Of a stretch of DNA of 45,152 nucleotides, positions 31,900 through 41,142 are shown one piece after another. The stretch's first letter is position 1; every line of letters begins with the position of its first letter. The DNA is taken from assembly GCA_964349715.1 (NCBI GenBank), contig CAYGHR010000004.1:1-45152 (forward strand), written 5' to 3'. Source of the DNA: an uncultured Peptococcaceae bacterium (GTDB lineage Bacteria; Bacillota; UBA994). The notes under the pieces were generated by a model that was given only the letters and a program-made list of their open reading frames with translations, was not told the origin of the DNA and did no database searches. A program made the position numbers and the translations under genes.

Positions 31900-33219
31900 T
31901 TACACGTCCCCGGTGTTGCGCGCGTCCCCGGTGTTGTGAGGGATGGTTTTGAGGATGAGGGGCACGGGGGTGACGGGGGTTTCGCTGATGGTTACGGCAT
32001 TACTTAGAGCCGCCGCGGTCTCCCTCGTGACGACTTCACTGGAATAAGCAGTAAGCAAGGGTTGGCCGGGAGCGACGCGAGTCCCTACCCTCACATGCAA
32101 AACCATCCCCGCGCCGTAGTCAATGGGGTCATCCTTCTTTCGGCGTCCGGCGCCAAGGTCGACTGCCAGACTGCCGAGTGCCAGCGGGTCGATGGCGGCG
32201 ATGTATCCGCCTTGTGCGGCTGTAGAGGTGTAGGACAGGCTCGCGACGGGGAGCGGTTGTGTCAGGTCTCCGCCTTGCGCGGTGACCACTTCGAAGAATT
32301 TTCTCTCGGCCTCACCGGACTCTAACGCTCGCTCGGCCAAGAGTTGAGCGGAGTCTCGGGTAAGGCCCGGGTAGTAGTGAAGTAACATTTCGCGCGCGAT
32401 GGCCAACGAAACCGCCCGCAAATCCGGTGAGTAGAGGCCTCCCCCAAGCACCGAGAGCGCCTCCTTAATCTCCAGCGCGTTGCCTATAGCATTGCCGAGA
32501 GGTGCCTCCATGCTCGTCAATACGGCAGTCGTCGGCCGCCCTACCCTCCTGCCTATGTCGACCATAGTGGTGGCGAGCTGCTCCGCTGCGCCCTGCTCCC
32601 GCATAAATGCGCCTCGCCCGTACTTCACATCCAGTACGATGTGCGTAGCACCTGCGGCGATTTTCTTGCTCATGATGGAACTCGCGATGAGAGGTATGCT
32701 TTCCACCGTAGCGGTGACATCACGCAACGCGTACAGCACCTTGTCCGCAGGTGCTAACTCAGCTGAAGCGGAAATAAGTGCAAGACCAACCCTAGCCACC
32801 TGCGCCTTAAACTGCTCCGGAGAAAGAACTGCTGAAAACCCTGCGATGCTTTCTAGCTTGTCCACTGTTCCCCCGGTGTGTCCGAGGCCTCGCCCTGTCA
32901 TTTTGGCGACGGGAACCCCGCAGGCCGCGACCACGGGGGCGACAATAAGGGTTGTGGTGTCTCCTACCCCCCCGGTAGAATGCTTATCCACGGATTTAGG
33001 GCTATCTAACACAATCTGCTTACCCGAAGCGGCAATAGCGGTGGTTAGCTCCGCCGTTTCCCTTTCGCTCATACCCTTAAGGAAAATGGCCATGAGGAGC
33101 GCCGTTAGCTGATAATCCGCGATGGCGCCGCTAACCGCTCCGTCTACAACGTACGCTATTTCGCCGGCAGTGAGCTCTTGCCCGTCCCGCTTTTTCTTGA
33201 TCGTGTCATACATCTTCAC
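31900..33219 (-). CDS. pdp: pyrimidine-nucleoside (thymidine) phosphorylase
   Basis: KKRDG.ELT..EI, then DYQ..A..MAI, then DKHSTGGVGD and the TGRGLGHTGGT.DKLE motif. Start proposed at GTG 33219 (GTGA overlap with the deoB stop), matching the Bacillus Pdp N-terminal length. Confidence 0.92.
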   Translation of the reverse strand: MKMYDTIKKKRDGQELTAGEIAYVVDGAVSGAIADYQLTALLMAIFLKGMSERETAELTTAIAASGKQIVLDSPKSVDKHSTGGVGDTTTLIVAPVVAACGVPVAKMTGRGLGHTGGTVDKLESIAGFSAVLSPEQFKAQVARVGLALISASAELAPADKVLYALRDVTATVESIPLIASSIMSKKIAAGATHIVLDVKYGRGAFMREQGAAEQLATTMVDIGRRVGRPTTAVLTSMEAPLGNAIGNALEIKEALSVLGGGLYSPDLRAVSLAIAREMLLHYYPGLTRDSAQLLAERALESGEAERKFFEVVTAQGGDLTQPLPVASLSYTSTAAQGGYIAAIDPLALGSLAVDLGAGRRKKDDPIDYGAGMVLHVRVGTRVAPGQPLLTAYSSEVVTRETAAALSNAVTISETPVTPVPLILKTIPHNTGDARNTGDV

Positions 33220-34391
33220 GGCAAAGCCCCCCATTCCGCGCGGAACGAAGTCCCGGCCAGTCTCTCGTCAAATCCCAACACATCTAGGATGGTGGCGCCT
33301 ATGTCTGCTAACGTCGCCCGGTCGCCAATAGGTCGCCCTGCCTCTCTCTCTCTAGAGTAAGCAAGGATGGGAACATACTCTCGCGTATGGTCGGTACCTG
33401 CATACAGCGGGTCACACCCGTGGTCGGCGGCCAGGAACAGGTAGTCGGTCTCCCGCAGTGTCCCAAGGAAGTCGCCTAACCAGTCGTCAAACTCCTTCAG
33501 GGCCCGCCCATACCCTGCGGCGTCGTTTCTGTGGCCGTAGAGCTGATCATAGTCCACCAAATTTGTGAAGACCAGTCCGCCCGCGGTGTCACGGTAAGCG
33601 CTCTCTGTCAGCACCATGCCCTCGCGGTTGTTCTTTGACTTGAAACATTGGGTGGGGCCGTGCCCGGCATAGATGTCACATATTTTGCCTATGCCAACGA
33701 CGGGTAGTCCTTGGCCCGCGATAATGTCTAGCATCGTCTGTCCCGGCGGAGCCACCGCTAGGTCGCGCCTGTTAGGCGTGCGAACGTAGGGCCACTCACC
33801 ATTAAAGGGCCGCGCGATAACTCTTGCTACGTTAAACTCACCCTGCATCAGCTCCCGGGCTACTTGGCAGATGTGGTAGAGCTCGGCGAGCGGCACCGTC
33901 TCCTCATGCGCGGCGATCTGCATCACGCTGTCGGCGGAAGTGTAGAGGATCGGCGCGCCTGTAACCTGATGCTCGCGGCCTAGGTCGCGGATGATTTCTG
34001 TACCCGAGGCAGCCACATTACCTAGGAATTGCCTGCCGGTTCTCTCTGCCAAAGCGCGCACTACGGCGGTGGGGAAGCCTGCCGGGAAAGTGCGAAAGGG
34101 GTGTCCCAAGACAATCCCCGCCATCTCCCAGTGTCCGGTAATAGTATCTTTGGCAGGGGAGGCAGTCATGCCCCGGCCATATGCCCCCAAAGGAGGCCGT
34201 GGGGTTACGAGCCCTGAGTGAGGCAAAATCGCTCCCATACCAAGCGCGGCAAGGTTAGGTAGCGTCAGCGACTTGTTGTAATCCAGCACACTTCTAAGGG
34301 TGTTGCTTCCATGGTCTCCGTAAAGGTCGGCGTCAGGCAGCGCCCCGACGCCGACGCTATCCAGCACAATAAAGACGACAGTCCTCCGCAT
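33216..34391 (-). CDS. deoB: phosphopentomutase
   Basis: V.IVLDSVG.G..PDA..YGD.G.NT and later L.ADHG.DP motifs of the alkaline-phosphatase-superfamily DeoB. SD GGGAGG. Confidence 0.92.
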   Translation of the reverse strand: MRRTVVFIVLDSVGVGALPDADLYGDHGSNTLRSVLDYNKSLTLPNLAALGMGAILPHSGLVTPRPPLGAYGRGMTASPAKDTITGHWEMAGIVLGHPFRTFPAGFPTAVVRALAERTGRQFLGNVAASGTEIIRDLGREHQVTGAPILYTSADSVMQIAAHEETVPLAELYHICQVARELMQGEFNVARVIARPFNGEWPYVRTPNRRDLAVAPPGQTMLDIIAGQGLPVVGIGKICDIYAGHGPTQCFKSKNNREGMVLTESAYRDTAGGLVFTNLVDYDQLYGHRNDAAGYGRALKEFDDWLGDFLGTLRETDYLFLAADHGCDPLYAGTDHTREYVPILAYSREREAGRPIGDRATLADIGATILDVLGFDERLAGTSFRAEWGALP

Positions 34392-34408
34392 CCGGCAGCC
34401 TCCCTGAA

Positions 34409-35296
34409 CTAGGCCCGTGGATGGGCCTTATCATAGATTTCGCGCAACCGCGTGCGCGTAACGTGGGTGTAAATCTGGGTGGTACTGATGTCGGCGTGCC
34501 CTAACATCTCCTGCACGGCCCTTAGGTCCGCGCCGTTATCGAGCAAGTGAGTGGCAAAGGAGTGCCTCAGCGTGTGCGGGGAGATATTGGCCTCGATATT
34601 GGTACCCCTTACGTGCTTCTTCAGCAGCTTCCAGAACCCTTGACGGGTCATCTGCCGCCCGTGACAATTGACAAACAGCGCACGCACTTCACCGGAACGC
34701 ACAAGCTGCTTGCGTCCCGTCCCGAGATAGCCCTCCACTGCCTTAACGGCCACCGTCCCCAATGGCACCATTCGCTCTTTGCCGCCCTTGCCCTTACACT
34801 TAATGAAGCCGGCGGCAAGATTTATGTCCGCGACTTGCAGTGAAACCAGCTCGGAGACGCGAATGCCGGTAGCGTAAAGGACCTCAAACATGGCGCGGTC
34901 GCGCAGCCCCACGGGTGAGGAGAGCACGGGTCGGTAGAGGAGTGTTTCTACCTCCGTGGGACTTAGCACCCTAGGGAGACGCTTCTCTACTTTAGGCGTG
35001 TCCAAGAGCGCTGCAGGGTTACCGGACAACGCACCTTCTCGATTCAGGAAACGGAAAAAGGAACGGATTGAAGCTAGGCTACGCGAGACGGTAGCCGCAG
35101 ACTTGCCCTGTCGCTTCAAGCTGTCGAGGTAGAGCAGAATCTGACCGCGATCTAAAGTCTCCCACGGTTTCGCGTAGTGTGAGCTCAGATAGCGGGAGAA
35201 CTGGCGCAAGTCCCTGCCGTACGACTCGAGCGTGTTTTCGGCCAGTCCGCGCTCTAGCCCCAGGTAGTCTAGATAGTCCTCGATATGCTGTTCCAT
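34409..35296 (-). CDS. xerD: site-specific tyrosine recombinase XerD (chromosome dimer resolution)
   Basis: N-terminus YL..ERGL..NTL.SY.RDL. C-terminal catalytic R...H.LRHSFATHLL..GADLR..Q..LGH..I.TTQIYTHV. No flanking repeats or phage genes. Confidence 0.9.
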   Translation of the reverse strand: MEQHIEDYLDYLGLERGLAENTLESYGRDLRQFSRYLSSHYAKPWETLDRGQILLYLDSLKRQGKSAATVSRSLASIRSFFRFLNREGALSGNPAALLDTPKVEKRLPRVLSPTEVETLLYRPVLSSPVGLRDRAMFEVLYATGIRVSELVSLQVADINLAAGFIKCKGKGGKERMVPLGTVAVKAVEGYLGTGRKQLVRSGEVRALFVNCHGRQMTRQGFWKLLKKHVRGTNIEANISPHTLRHSFATHLLDNGADLRAVQEMLGHADISTTQIYTHVTRTRLREIYDKAHPRA

Positions 35297-35366
35297 AACC
35301 CTTCCCCTTAAGCAATAGTCTCCCCTCTATTATTCCACGTTGAGCGAGCGATTCCTTCCCCTAGAT

Positions 35367-35391
35367 AAATGAAGACCCCTTTACAGGGGTC
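35367..35391 (-). terminator. Rho-independent terminator after the 81-aa membrane-protein gene
   Basis: The - strand reads GACCCCT-GTAA-AGGGGTC followed by TTCATTTAT. The stem overlaps the TGA stop. Confidence 0.55.
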
Positions 35392-35635
35392 AAAAGCCAT
35401 CCTCATACCAGTTACGCAGGTGTGTAAGTATGCGCTGAAACACTGTCTCGGCTGCAGGTTCGCCCTCCACCTCCCCCGTGCCCACAACGGGGTGGGGAAT
35501 TTGCGTTGGAGACAGCATCACATCAAGCACCTGCCAGATGAGAGCAGTCAGTAAAACCACGAGCACCGCTAAACCTAAAATCTTCGCGGTACGCGCCCGC
35601 TTCCCCCGGAAGGGACCAACCGTTATTACCCACAT
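35390..35635 (-). CDS. small membrane protein, unknown function
   Basis: 81 aa with one TM helix (ILGLAVLVVLLTALIWQVL) after a basic N-terminus. SD AAGGAGGGG lies 7 nt before the ATG, and the gene has its own terminator. Its position just upstream of xerD recalls Bacillus yqzK; that is memory, not verified. Confidence 0.6.
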   Translation of the reverse strand: MWVITVGPFRGKRARTAKILGLAVLVVLLTALIWQVLDVMLSPTQIPHPVVGTGEVEGEPAAETVFQRILTHLRNWYEDGF

Positions 35636-35710
35636 GCGTATTCCCCTCCTTGGCGCAACACTGTTTAATACAGCCTATGCAGCTAAAGCGGGGACTAGAA
35701 CGACCGGAGT

Positions 35711-36916
35711 TTAGCGCATTACCTTCGTTTGGTACTCCTCTACACCCGCGGCAAGAACCTTCATGGCATGCTTTAGGTCGGTGGCGTTTAACACATACGC
35801 CAAACGCACCTCGTCCCGACCTAAGCCGGGCGTGGCATAAAAGCCGGCTGCGGGAGCGACCATAGTCGTGGCACCCTCCAGCGAAAAGCTCTTTAACATC
35901 CACTCCGCGAAAGCGTCTCCATCATCAATAGGCAGTTTAGCAATGACATAGAACGCTCCCTTAGGGGGTTTGCAGATGGCACCTTTTATCTGCATGATGC
36001 CCCGGTAGATAATGTCGCGGCGCTCCTGGTACTCAGACAACACGCCCGCAAAGTAGGAGTCAGGCACGCTAAGCGCACCGATGGCTCCGATTTGTTCTAG
36101 CGTCGGAGGGCACAGCCGCGCTTGCGCAAACTTCATGATGGAGTCCATCAGCTGCTTATTCTTGCTCACAACATTCCCGATACGCGCTCCGCAGGCACTA
36201 AAGCGTTTGCTGATGCTGTCGGCGATAATCGCGTGTTGCTCAATCCCGGGTAGAGACATGATGCTGGTATACCGTTCCCCGTCGTAGACAAACTCGCGGT
36301 AGACCTCATCGGCAATTATGTAGAGGTTGTATTCGCGGGCGAGTGCCGCAACGGTTGAGAGCTCTTCCCCTGTATAGACAACACCGGTAGGGTTCCCGGG
36401 GTTGCTTAACAATATGGCTTTAGTGCGTGGGGTTATCTTCTCGACAAAGCGGGATTTGCAGGGCAGCCTAAAGCCATCCTCCGCTTGCGCGGTTACCGGC
36501 ACTACCTTAATGTCTCCGTAAACTGCAAACCCGTTGTAGTTAGCGTAAAACGGTTCCGGCACGAGGACCTCGTCGCCTGCGTCGCAGGTGGCAAGCATCG
36601 CAAACAACAAAGCTTCACTGCCGCCTGTAGTCACGATGATCTCAGACGGAGACACATTCACGCCATAGCGCGCGTAATAATCACACAGTCCTTTACGAAA
36701 CTCGAGTATGCCGTTAGAGGGCCCATAGGCCAATACTTTTTCGTCGTAGTTCTTGATCTTCTCCCACATCTCGTCCGGCGTGGCAATGTCGGGTTGTCCG
36801 ATGTTTAGATGATACACTTTTGTGCCGCGGCCCTTGGCCTCGTCAGCGAACGGCACCAGTTTGCGAATAGGTGACGCAGGAATGTTAAGCCCGCGCCGCG
36901 ATAAGGATAAACCCAT
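35711..36916 (-). CDS. class I/II PLP-dependent aminotransferase (aspartate/aromatic type)
   Basis: NIGQPD, then Y.P..G...R, N.GNPTG, and the SKRFSACGARIG Lys motif. Start at ATG 36916 after SD GGGAGGTG. The ORF-track extension to 36997 overlaps ddl. Confidence 0.88.
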   Translation of the reverse strand: MGLSLSRRGLNIPASPIRKLVPFADEAKGRGTKVYHLNIGQPDIATPDEMWEKIKNYDEKVLAYGPSNGILEFRKGLCDYYARYGVNVSPSEIIVTTGGSEALLFAMLATCDAGDEVLVPEPFYANYNGFAVYGDIKVVPVTAQAEDGFRLPCKSRFVEKITPRTKAILLSNPGNPTGVVYTGEELSTVAALAREYNLYIIADEVYREFVYDGERYTSIMSLPGIEQHAIIADSISKRFSACGARIGNVVSKNKQLMDSIMKFAQARLCPPTLEQIGAIGALSVPDSYFAGVLSEYQERRDIIYRGIMQIKGAICKPPKGAFYVIAKLPIDDGDAFAEWMLKSFSLEGATTMVAPAAGFYATPGLGRDEVRLAYVLNATDLKHAMKVLAAGVEEYQTKVMR

Positions 36917-36947
36917 AACGCACCTCCCACATAGACTAACTACCCCT

Positions 36948-38003
36948 TTATTCGTGATATTCAACAGAAATCCTGCGTCCATCCTGGTGTCTGGCAAAAG
37001 CTAGCTCAAGTAGGCGAGTAATCAGCTCTGTGTACGGAAGCCCGGACGCTTCCCACATCTTAGGGTACATACTGATGCTAGTGAACCCCGGCATGGTGTT
37101 TAGCTCGCTCACGTAAGCCGTGCCGTCAGGCAAGAGGAAGAAGTCAACGCGCGATAGCCCCGCGCAGCCAAGAATCAGGTGTGCACGCATCGCCATTTCT
37201 CTTATTTGGCTAGTTTGCGCGGACGAGAGCGCGGCCCGCACATGCAGGGTAGACGGCTGTATGTACTTGGCGGTGTAGTCATAAAAATCGCCGCTAGGTA
37301 CTATTTCGCCCGGCAGCGAGCTAGTCAGCTCCTCGTTCCCCAGTACACTGCACTCTATTTCCCGCCCCTTAACGGCTCGCTCCACCAACACCTTGTTGTC
37401 GTAGCGCAATGCAGACGCTATGGCGTCCTGCAGCTGCTCTCGGCTGTTTACTTTGCTGATGCCTACACTAGAGCCCATATTGGCCGGCTTGACAAAACAT
37501 GGGTATTGCACCGACTTCTCAACCTCGGCATGGAATGCGTCCGGCTCCTTGCAGTAGACACTCCGCCAACACCAAACAAAGTCTACTACCGGGAGGCCCT
37601 GACAGCGAAACAAGGTCTTTTGAAACACCTTATCCATGCCTAGGGCCGACGCCGTCACCCCTGAGCCTACATACGGCTTATCAACTACTTCGAACAAACC
37701 CTGCATACTGCCATCTTCCCCAAAGGGCCCGTGGAGCACGGGGAAGATGATGTCCGCTTGCGCAAGTATGCGGGCAATAGGTCCCATGTACTCATCACCG
37801 TGCGGTTCAGGCACGGCCGTTTCGTTAGCCGCCAGGAGGGCGCGGGGGTCGAGCCCTGCTTGCCAGCGCCCGCGCTTACTGATGCCCACAGGGAGGGGCA
37901 GGAAACGAGTGGTGTCTAAGGCCTCCAGCACGGAGGCAGCCGACCGCACGGAAACCTCGTGTTCCGCAGAGCGACCACCAAAAAGGACAATTACTTTTTG
38001 CAC
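36948..38003 (-). CDS. ddl: D-alanine--D-alanine ligase
   Basis: VLFGG.S.EHEVS, then HG..GEDG..QG, the ATP-grasp motifs and the E.NT.PGFT ending. GTG start after SD GGAGGCGGAG, overlapping the upstream gene by 13 nt. Confidence 0.93.
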   Translation of the reverse strand: MQKVIVLFGGRSAEHEVSVRSAASVLEALDTTRFLPLPVGISKRGRWQAGLDPRALLAANETAVPEPHGDEYMGPIARILAQADIIFPVLHGPFGEDGSMQGLFEVVDKPYVGSGVTASALGMDKVFQKTLFRCQGLPVVDFVWCWRSVYCKEPDAFHAEVEKSVQYPCFVKPANMGSSVGISKVNSREQLQDAIASALRYDNKVLVERAVKGREIECSVLGNEELTSSLPGEIVPSGDFYDYTAKYIQPSTLHVRAALSSAQTSQIREMAMRAHLILGCAGLSRVDFFLLPDGTAYVSELNTMPGFTSISMYPKMWEASGLPYTELITRLLELAFARHQDGRRISVEYHE

Positions 38004-39136
38004 TTTCTCCGCCTCCGCATCATTGTATTTAGGACAATAGCCAGAGTCACAGCGCCCGCTAGGCCTAGGGAACGGGTAGAAGTTAAAAGGGGTATGTAGT
38101 CCGGTATGGTAACGTACACCCGCCCAATTTCTTCTCCCTCCTGCGTAACGACAGCCTCGCCCAACTTATCTCCCGGGCGCAGGGGTGGGAAGAGGCGCGG
38201 CTTAACTATTAACTCAGTACTATACTCCCCTTGTTCAGCGCGGGCAATCGTACGCGCCAGTTCGCGTTCCGCTACCAAGAGCACCTGACCGGCTAAGGGG
38301 ATGTCCACGACGCCTAGCGTCTGTCTGCCGCGAATCAGTATCTCGCGCCGGAAAGCACCAAATCCGTGCTCCAGTAGAGCCGTGCTGTCCGACCACATCT
38401 GTACTCCCTGTGCGCCCAAAACTACGCTAACCAAAGTGAGGTTGTCGCGTTTGGCGATGACGAGGAAACACTGCCCCGCCTCATCTGTGTAGCCGGTCTT
38501 GCCTCCCACGACCCCGGAGAGCGTGCCGAGTAACCGGTTTTGATTGACGAGCAGACGTCCGTTAGCGAGACGCACGCGCTCCTGCGACGCAATGGCCAAA
38601 AACTCGGGCAGTGATGCCGCATGTAATCCTAGGCGTGCTAAATCCGCCGCCGTGGAAAACTGCCCGCTGTCAGGCAGGCCATGCGCATTGGCAAAGCGAG
38701 AGTTGTTCATGCCAAGCTCCGTCGCCCGTGTGTTCATGATGGCGACAAATCCGGTTTGGCTACCCCCTAAGTGCTCGGCAATAGCAGCGGATGCGTCATT
38801 AGCGCTAATTAGCATGGCAGCATAGACAAGTTCTCGCAGCGTGTACCTTTCGCCGGCACGCACATGCAGCGAGGACCCTCCTACGGCCACCGCGCTAGGA
38901 CTGATTACCACATGCTCCGCAAGCCTGCCGGACTCGATCGCCAACACGGCCGTAAGTACTTTTGTTAAGCTAGCGGGGGCGTGGCGAGCCGCGGCAGCTC
39001 TGCTCCATAGGGGATCTGCTCTTTCAGGGGTAAGGAGAACAGCACGCGGGCTGTTAATGACTAGAGCTTCGGCACCGCAGGTCATCACCACCATCAGCAA
39101 GAACAGCGCGATGGCGAGCTTGGCTGGACTTCCCAT
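37991..39136 (-). CDS. D-alanyl-D-alanine carboxypeptidase (S11), third paralogue, with C-terminal TM anchor
   Basis: SxxK (ASLTKVLT), S.N (ISAND) and KTG (GKTGYT) motifs. Signal peptide and a C-terminal hydrophobic segment followed by RRRRK. SD GAGGAG. Confidence 0.85.
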   Translation of the reverse strand: MGSPAKLAIALFLLMVVMTCGAEALVINSPRAVLLTPERADPLWSRAAAARHAPASLTKVLTAVLAIESGRLAEHVVISPSAVAVGGSSLHVRAGERYTLRELVYAAMLISANDASAAIAEHLGGSQTGFVAIMNTRATELGMNNSRFANAHGLPDSGQFSTAADLARLGLHAASLPEFLAIASQERVRLANGRLLVNQNRLLGTLSGVVGGKTGYTDEAGQCFLVIAKRDNLTLVSVVLGAQGVQMWSDSTALLEHGFGAFRREILIRGRQTLGVVDIPLAGQVLLVAERELARTIARAEQGEYSTELIVKPRLFPPLRPGDKLGEAVVTQEGEEIGRVYVTIPDYIPLLTSTRSLGLAGAVTLAIVLNTMMRRRRKCKK

Positions 39137-39202
39137 AATCGACTCCTCATTGTCGGATAGCGCAGATTCCTGTCGTATTGGGTCTATTTCCTAGGCAATG
39201 AT

Positions 39203-39781
39203 CTACAAGAGAGCGGCGACAGCTTTGATAAAGACGGGAGTAACAAACACCTCGATGAGGCCGGAAACGGTCAGCACCCCCGCTATAAGCAGGACGCTTA
39301 GGGTATAGTGTAGAACCGGATGCGGCTCCCTAGCTCCACGCGCTTTCTGGCCGAAGGCCATGCGCAAGGAAAAGGCGATGCCCAGAGCCCCAATTACTAT
39401 CAGCGACGGCACCCCGAGCAGGTTGTGTGGCAGAACGGAGGCAGCGGCGAAGAGGAGGCCCTCGAGCTGCATTTCTACAACGAGGAAGCCAACGCTAAAG
39501 CCAATTACGAAACCCCGCATAAAGAGCAGGACAAGTATGCCTACCACGCCCACCACTACAAGGCCAGAGAGCCAGAGGAAGGCCACCGACTGCAGATTGG
39601 CGATCTGCACGCTCTGCCACGCCGCAGGCTCTATGTTTCCTACCAGTATGCCCTCAATGTACTTGTCTAGATACCCCATGAGGTCCCGCTGTTGCTTAAG
39701 CGGCATGGCCCGGACGGCAACTGCCCCCGCGATAGTGCCCAAAGTAAATGCCACAGTGGCGATGACGTATGCAATCCGCAT
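39203..39781 (-). CDS. spoIIM: stage II sporulation protein M
   Basis: 192 aa with about 5 TM segments. The pattern (F..N...........G....G......L..NG...G; PH...E.P) matches my memory of the SpoIIM/DUF95 family. Confidence 0.8.
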   Translation of the reverse strand: MRIAYVIATVAFTLGTIAGAVAVRAMPLKQQRDLMGYLDKYIEGILVGNIEPAAWQSVQIANLQSVAFLWLSGLVVVGVVGILVLLFMRGFVIGFSVGFLVVEMQLEGLLFAAASVLPHNLLGVPSLIVIGALGIAFSLRMAFGQKARGAREPHPVLHYTLSVLLIAGVLTVSGLIEVFVTPVFIKAVAALL

Positions 39782-39816
39782 GAGTTTCCGTATTCCCCTA
39801 CCTCTCCTTGGACACT

Positions 39817-39846
39817 ATTACATGGTATGCGCCAAAGAGAAGTCAA
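39817..39846 (-). promoter_or_regulatory. promoter upstream of spoIIM (sigmaA-like hexamers; a sigmaE-like -10 overlaps)
   Basis: The - strand reads TTGACT (39846-39841), 18-nt spacer, TGTAAT (39822-39817). The overlapping CATACCAT resembles the sigmaE -10 consensus CATACA-T, but no convincing sigmaE -35 is present. Confidence 0.4.
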
Positions 39847-39853
39847 AGAATTT

Positions 39854-40393
39854 CTATCGCAGGGCGGCTTCCTTCCCTCGCTCAATCGCCGCCAAGTTAA
39901 CCAGCAGCATATCCTGCCGATGAGCGGGCAAAGCCTTCTTAAGCGCTGCAACTACGCACTCCTGGGGGACTACCCCTGTCGCTTCCAAGAGCGCTCCCAG
40001 CGCCACCATGTTAGCCACTTTAACATTGCCCAACTCGTCGGCAATGTGGTTGGCCGCAACCGCCACAACCCGAATGTCACTGCGCGTGGGTGGCGTGCTG
40101 ATGAGAGACTGGTTATAGATCAGTAAACCTCCTGGTCGAACAGCGCCCTCAAACTTATCTAAGGACGGGCGGTTCAAAGCCACAACTGCGTACGGGTGCG
40201 CCACCACCGGCGAACCTACGGTTTCGTCCGCGACTATGACGGTGCAGTTCGCGGTGCCGCCGCGCATTTCCGGTCCGTATGAAGGCATCCAGGACACCTG
40301 TTTGCCGTGCACCATGCCGGCATAAGCTAGAATCTGCCCCATCAGCATTACGCCCTGGCCGCCGAAGCCTGCCATCACTACTTCAAGCGTCAT
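39854..40393 (-). CDS. 2-oxoacid:ferredoxin oxidoreductase, gamma subunit
   Basis: G.GGQG....G..LA.A....G..V....SYG.E.RGG...C motif. ATGA overlap with the beta stop. Confidence 0.9.
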   Translation of the reverse strand: MTLEVVMAGFGGQGVMLMGQILAYAGMVHGKQVSWMPSYGPEMRGGTANCTVIVADETVGSPVVAHPYAVVALNRPSLDKFEGAVRPGGLLIYNQSLISTPPTRSDIRVVAVAANHIADELGNVKVANMVALGALLEATGVVPQECVVAALKKALPAHRQDMLLVNLAAIERGKEAALR

Positions 40394-41142
40394 TTTTTCG
40401 CACCTGCCTCGACGTCCTTGTACTCACCTAGTGGATAGTAAGGCAACATGTCTTTCGCCACCTTATCTAAGGCCTCTAACGGTGTTAGTCCCCAGTTGGT
40501 AGGGCAAGTCGAGAGGATCTCGACTAGGGCAAACCCCTTGCCGGCGATCTGATACTCAAAGGCCTTCTTAATGGCTCGCCGCGCCCGTACGATGTTAGGC
40601 ACGCTGTGCACGCTGACGCGCGCAACATACGCCGGACCATCCAGAGTAGCCAACATCTCGGATACCCTAATGGGGAAACCCTGTTTTCTGGTATCGCGCC
40701 CATAGGGCGAGGTGGAAGTCTTGTCGCCCGGCAAAGTTGTGGGGGCCATCTGACCGCCGGTCATGCCGTAGATACCGTTATTAACAAAGATGGTGGTAAT
40801 GTTCTCCCCCCGCGCCGCGGCGTGTACAATCTCCGCACAGCCAATAGACGCTAGATCGCCGTCACCTTGGTAGGTGAACACCACGCTGTCCGGAACTACA
40901 CGTTTAATGCCGGTGGCAACCGCCGGTGCTCGGCCATGCGCGGCCTCCTGCATGTCGCAGGCAAAGTACATATAGCCGAGCACAGCACAGCCCACCGGAG
41001 CCACTCCAATGGCGCGGTCGGCGAACTTAAGCTCGTCCATAACCTCAGCAATCAGGCGATGAATGATACCATGCGTACAGCCCGGACAGTAGTGGCTCTG
41101 CATATCCACCAGTGATTCCGGACGCGCGAAAACTTTTGCCAC
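40390..41142 (-). CDS. 2-oxoacid:ferredoxin oxidoreductase, beta (TPP-binding) subunit
   Basis: CPGCTHG, then GDGD...IG...H.A.R....T....NN..YGMTGGQ. Start proposed at GTG 41142 after SD GGGGGTG. Confidence 0.9.
   Translation of the reverse strand: MAKVFARPESLVDMQSHYCPGCTHGIIHRLIAEVMDELKFADRAIGVAPVGCAVLGYMYFACDMQEAAHGRAPAVATGIKRVVPDSVVFTYQGDGDLASIGCAEIVHAAARGENITTIFVNNGIYGMTGGQMAPTTLPGDKTSTSPYGRDTRKQGFPIRVSEMLATLDGPAYVARVSVHSVPNIVRARRAIKKAFEYQIAGKGFALVEILSTCPTNWGLTPLEALDKVAKDMLPYYPLGEYKDVEAGAKK

Noticed and set aside
31904-31935. 14-nt direct repeat CGTCCCCGGTGTTG (31904-31917 and 31922-31935) at the 3' end of pdp, encoding NTGDAR-NTGDV.
   Set aside because: This is a small in-frame tandem duplication extending the Pdp C-terminus, most simply explained as replication slippage. 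It has no hairpin and no regulatory context.
34409-35296. Tyrosine recombinase as a marker of an integrated mobile element.
   Set aside because: The sequence has the XerD-type N-terminus and catalytic motifs. It sits in the conserved deoB/pdp and spoIIM neighbourhood, as in Bacillus, and has no flanking repeats, phage or transposon genes.
35523-35903. 126-aa - strand ORF spanning the aminotransferase 3' end and the start of the small membrane-protein gene.
   Set aside because: It is in a different frame across two better-supported genes. It has a Cys/Arg/Gly-rich composition, no SD, and would run through an intergenic region that carries the SD of the 81-aa gene.
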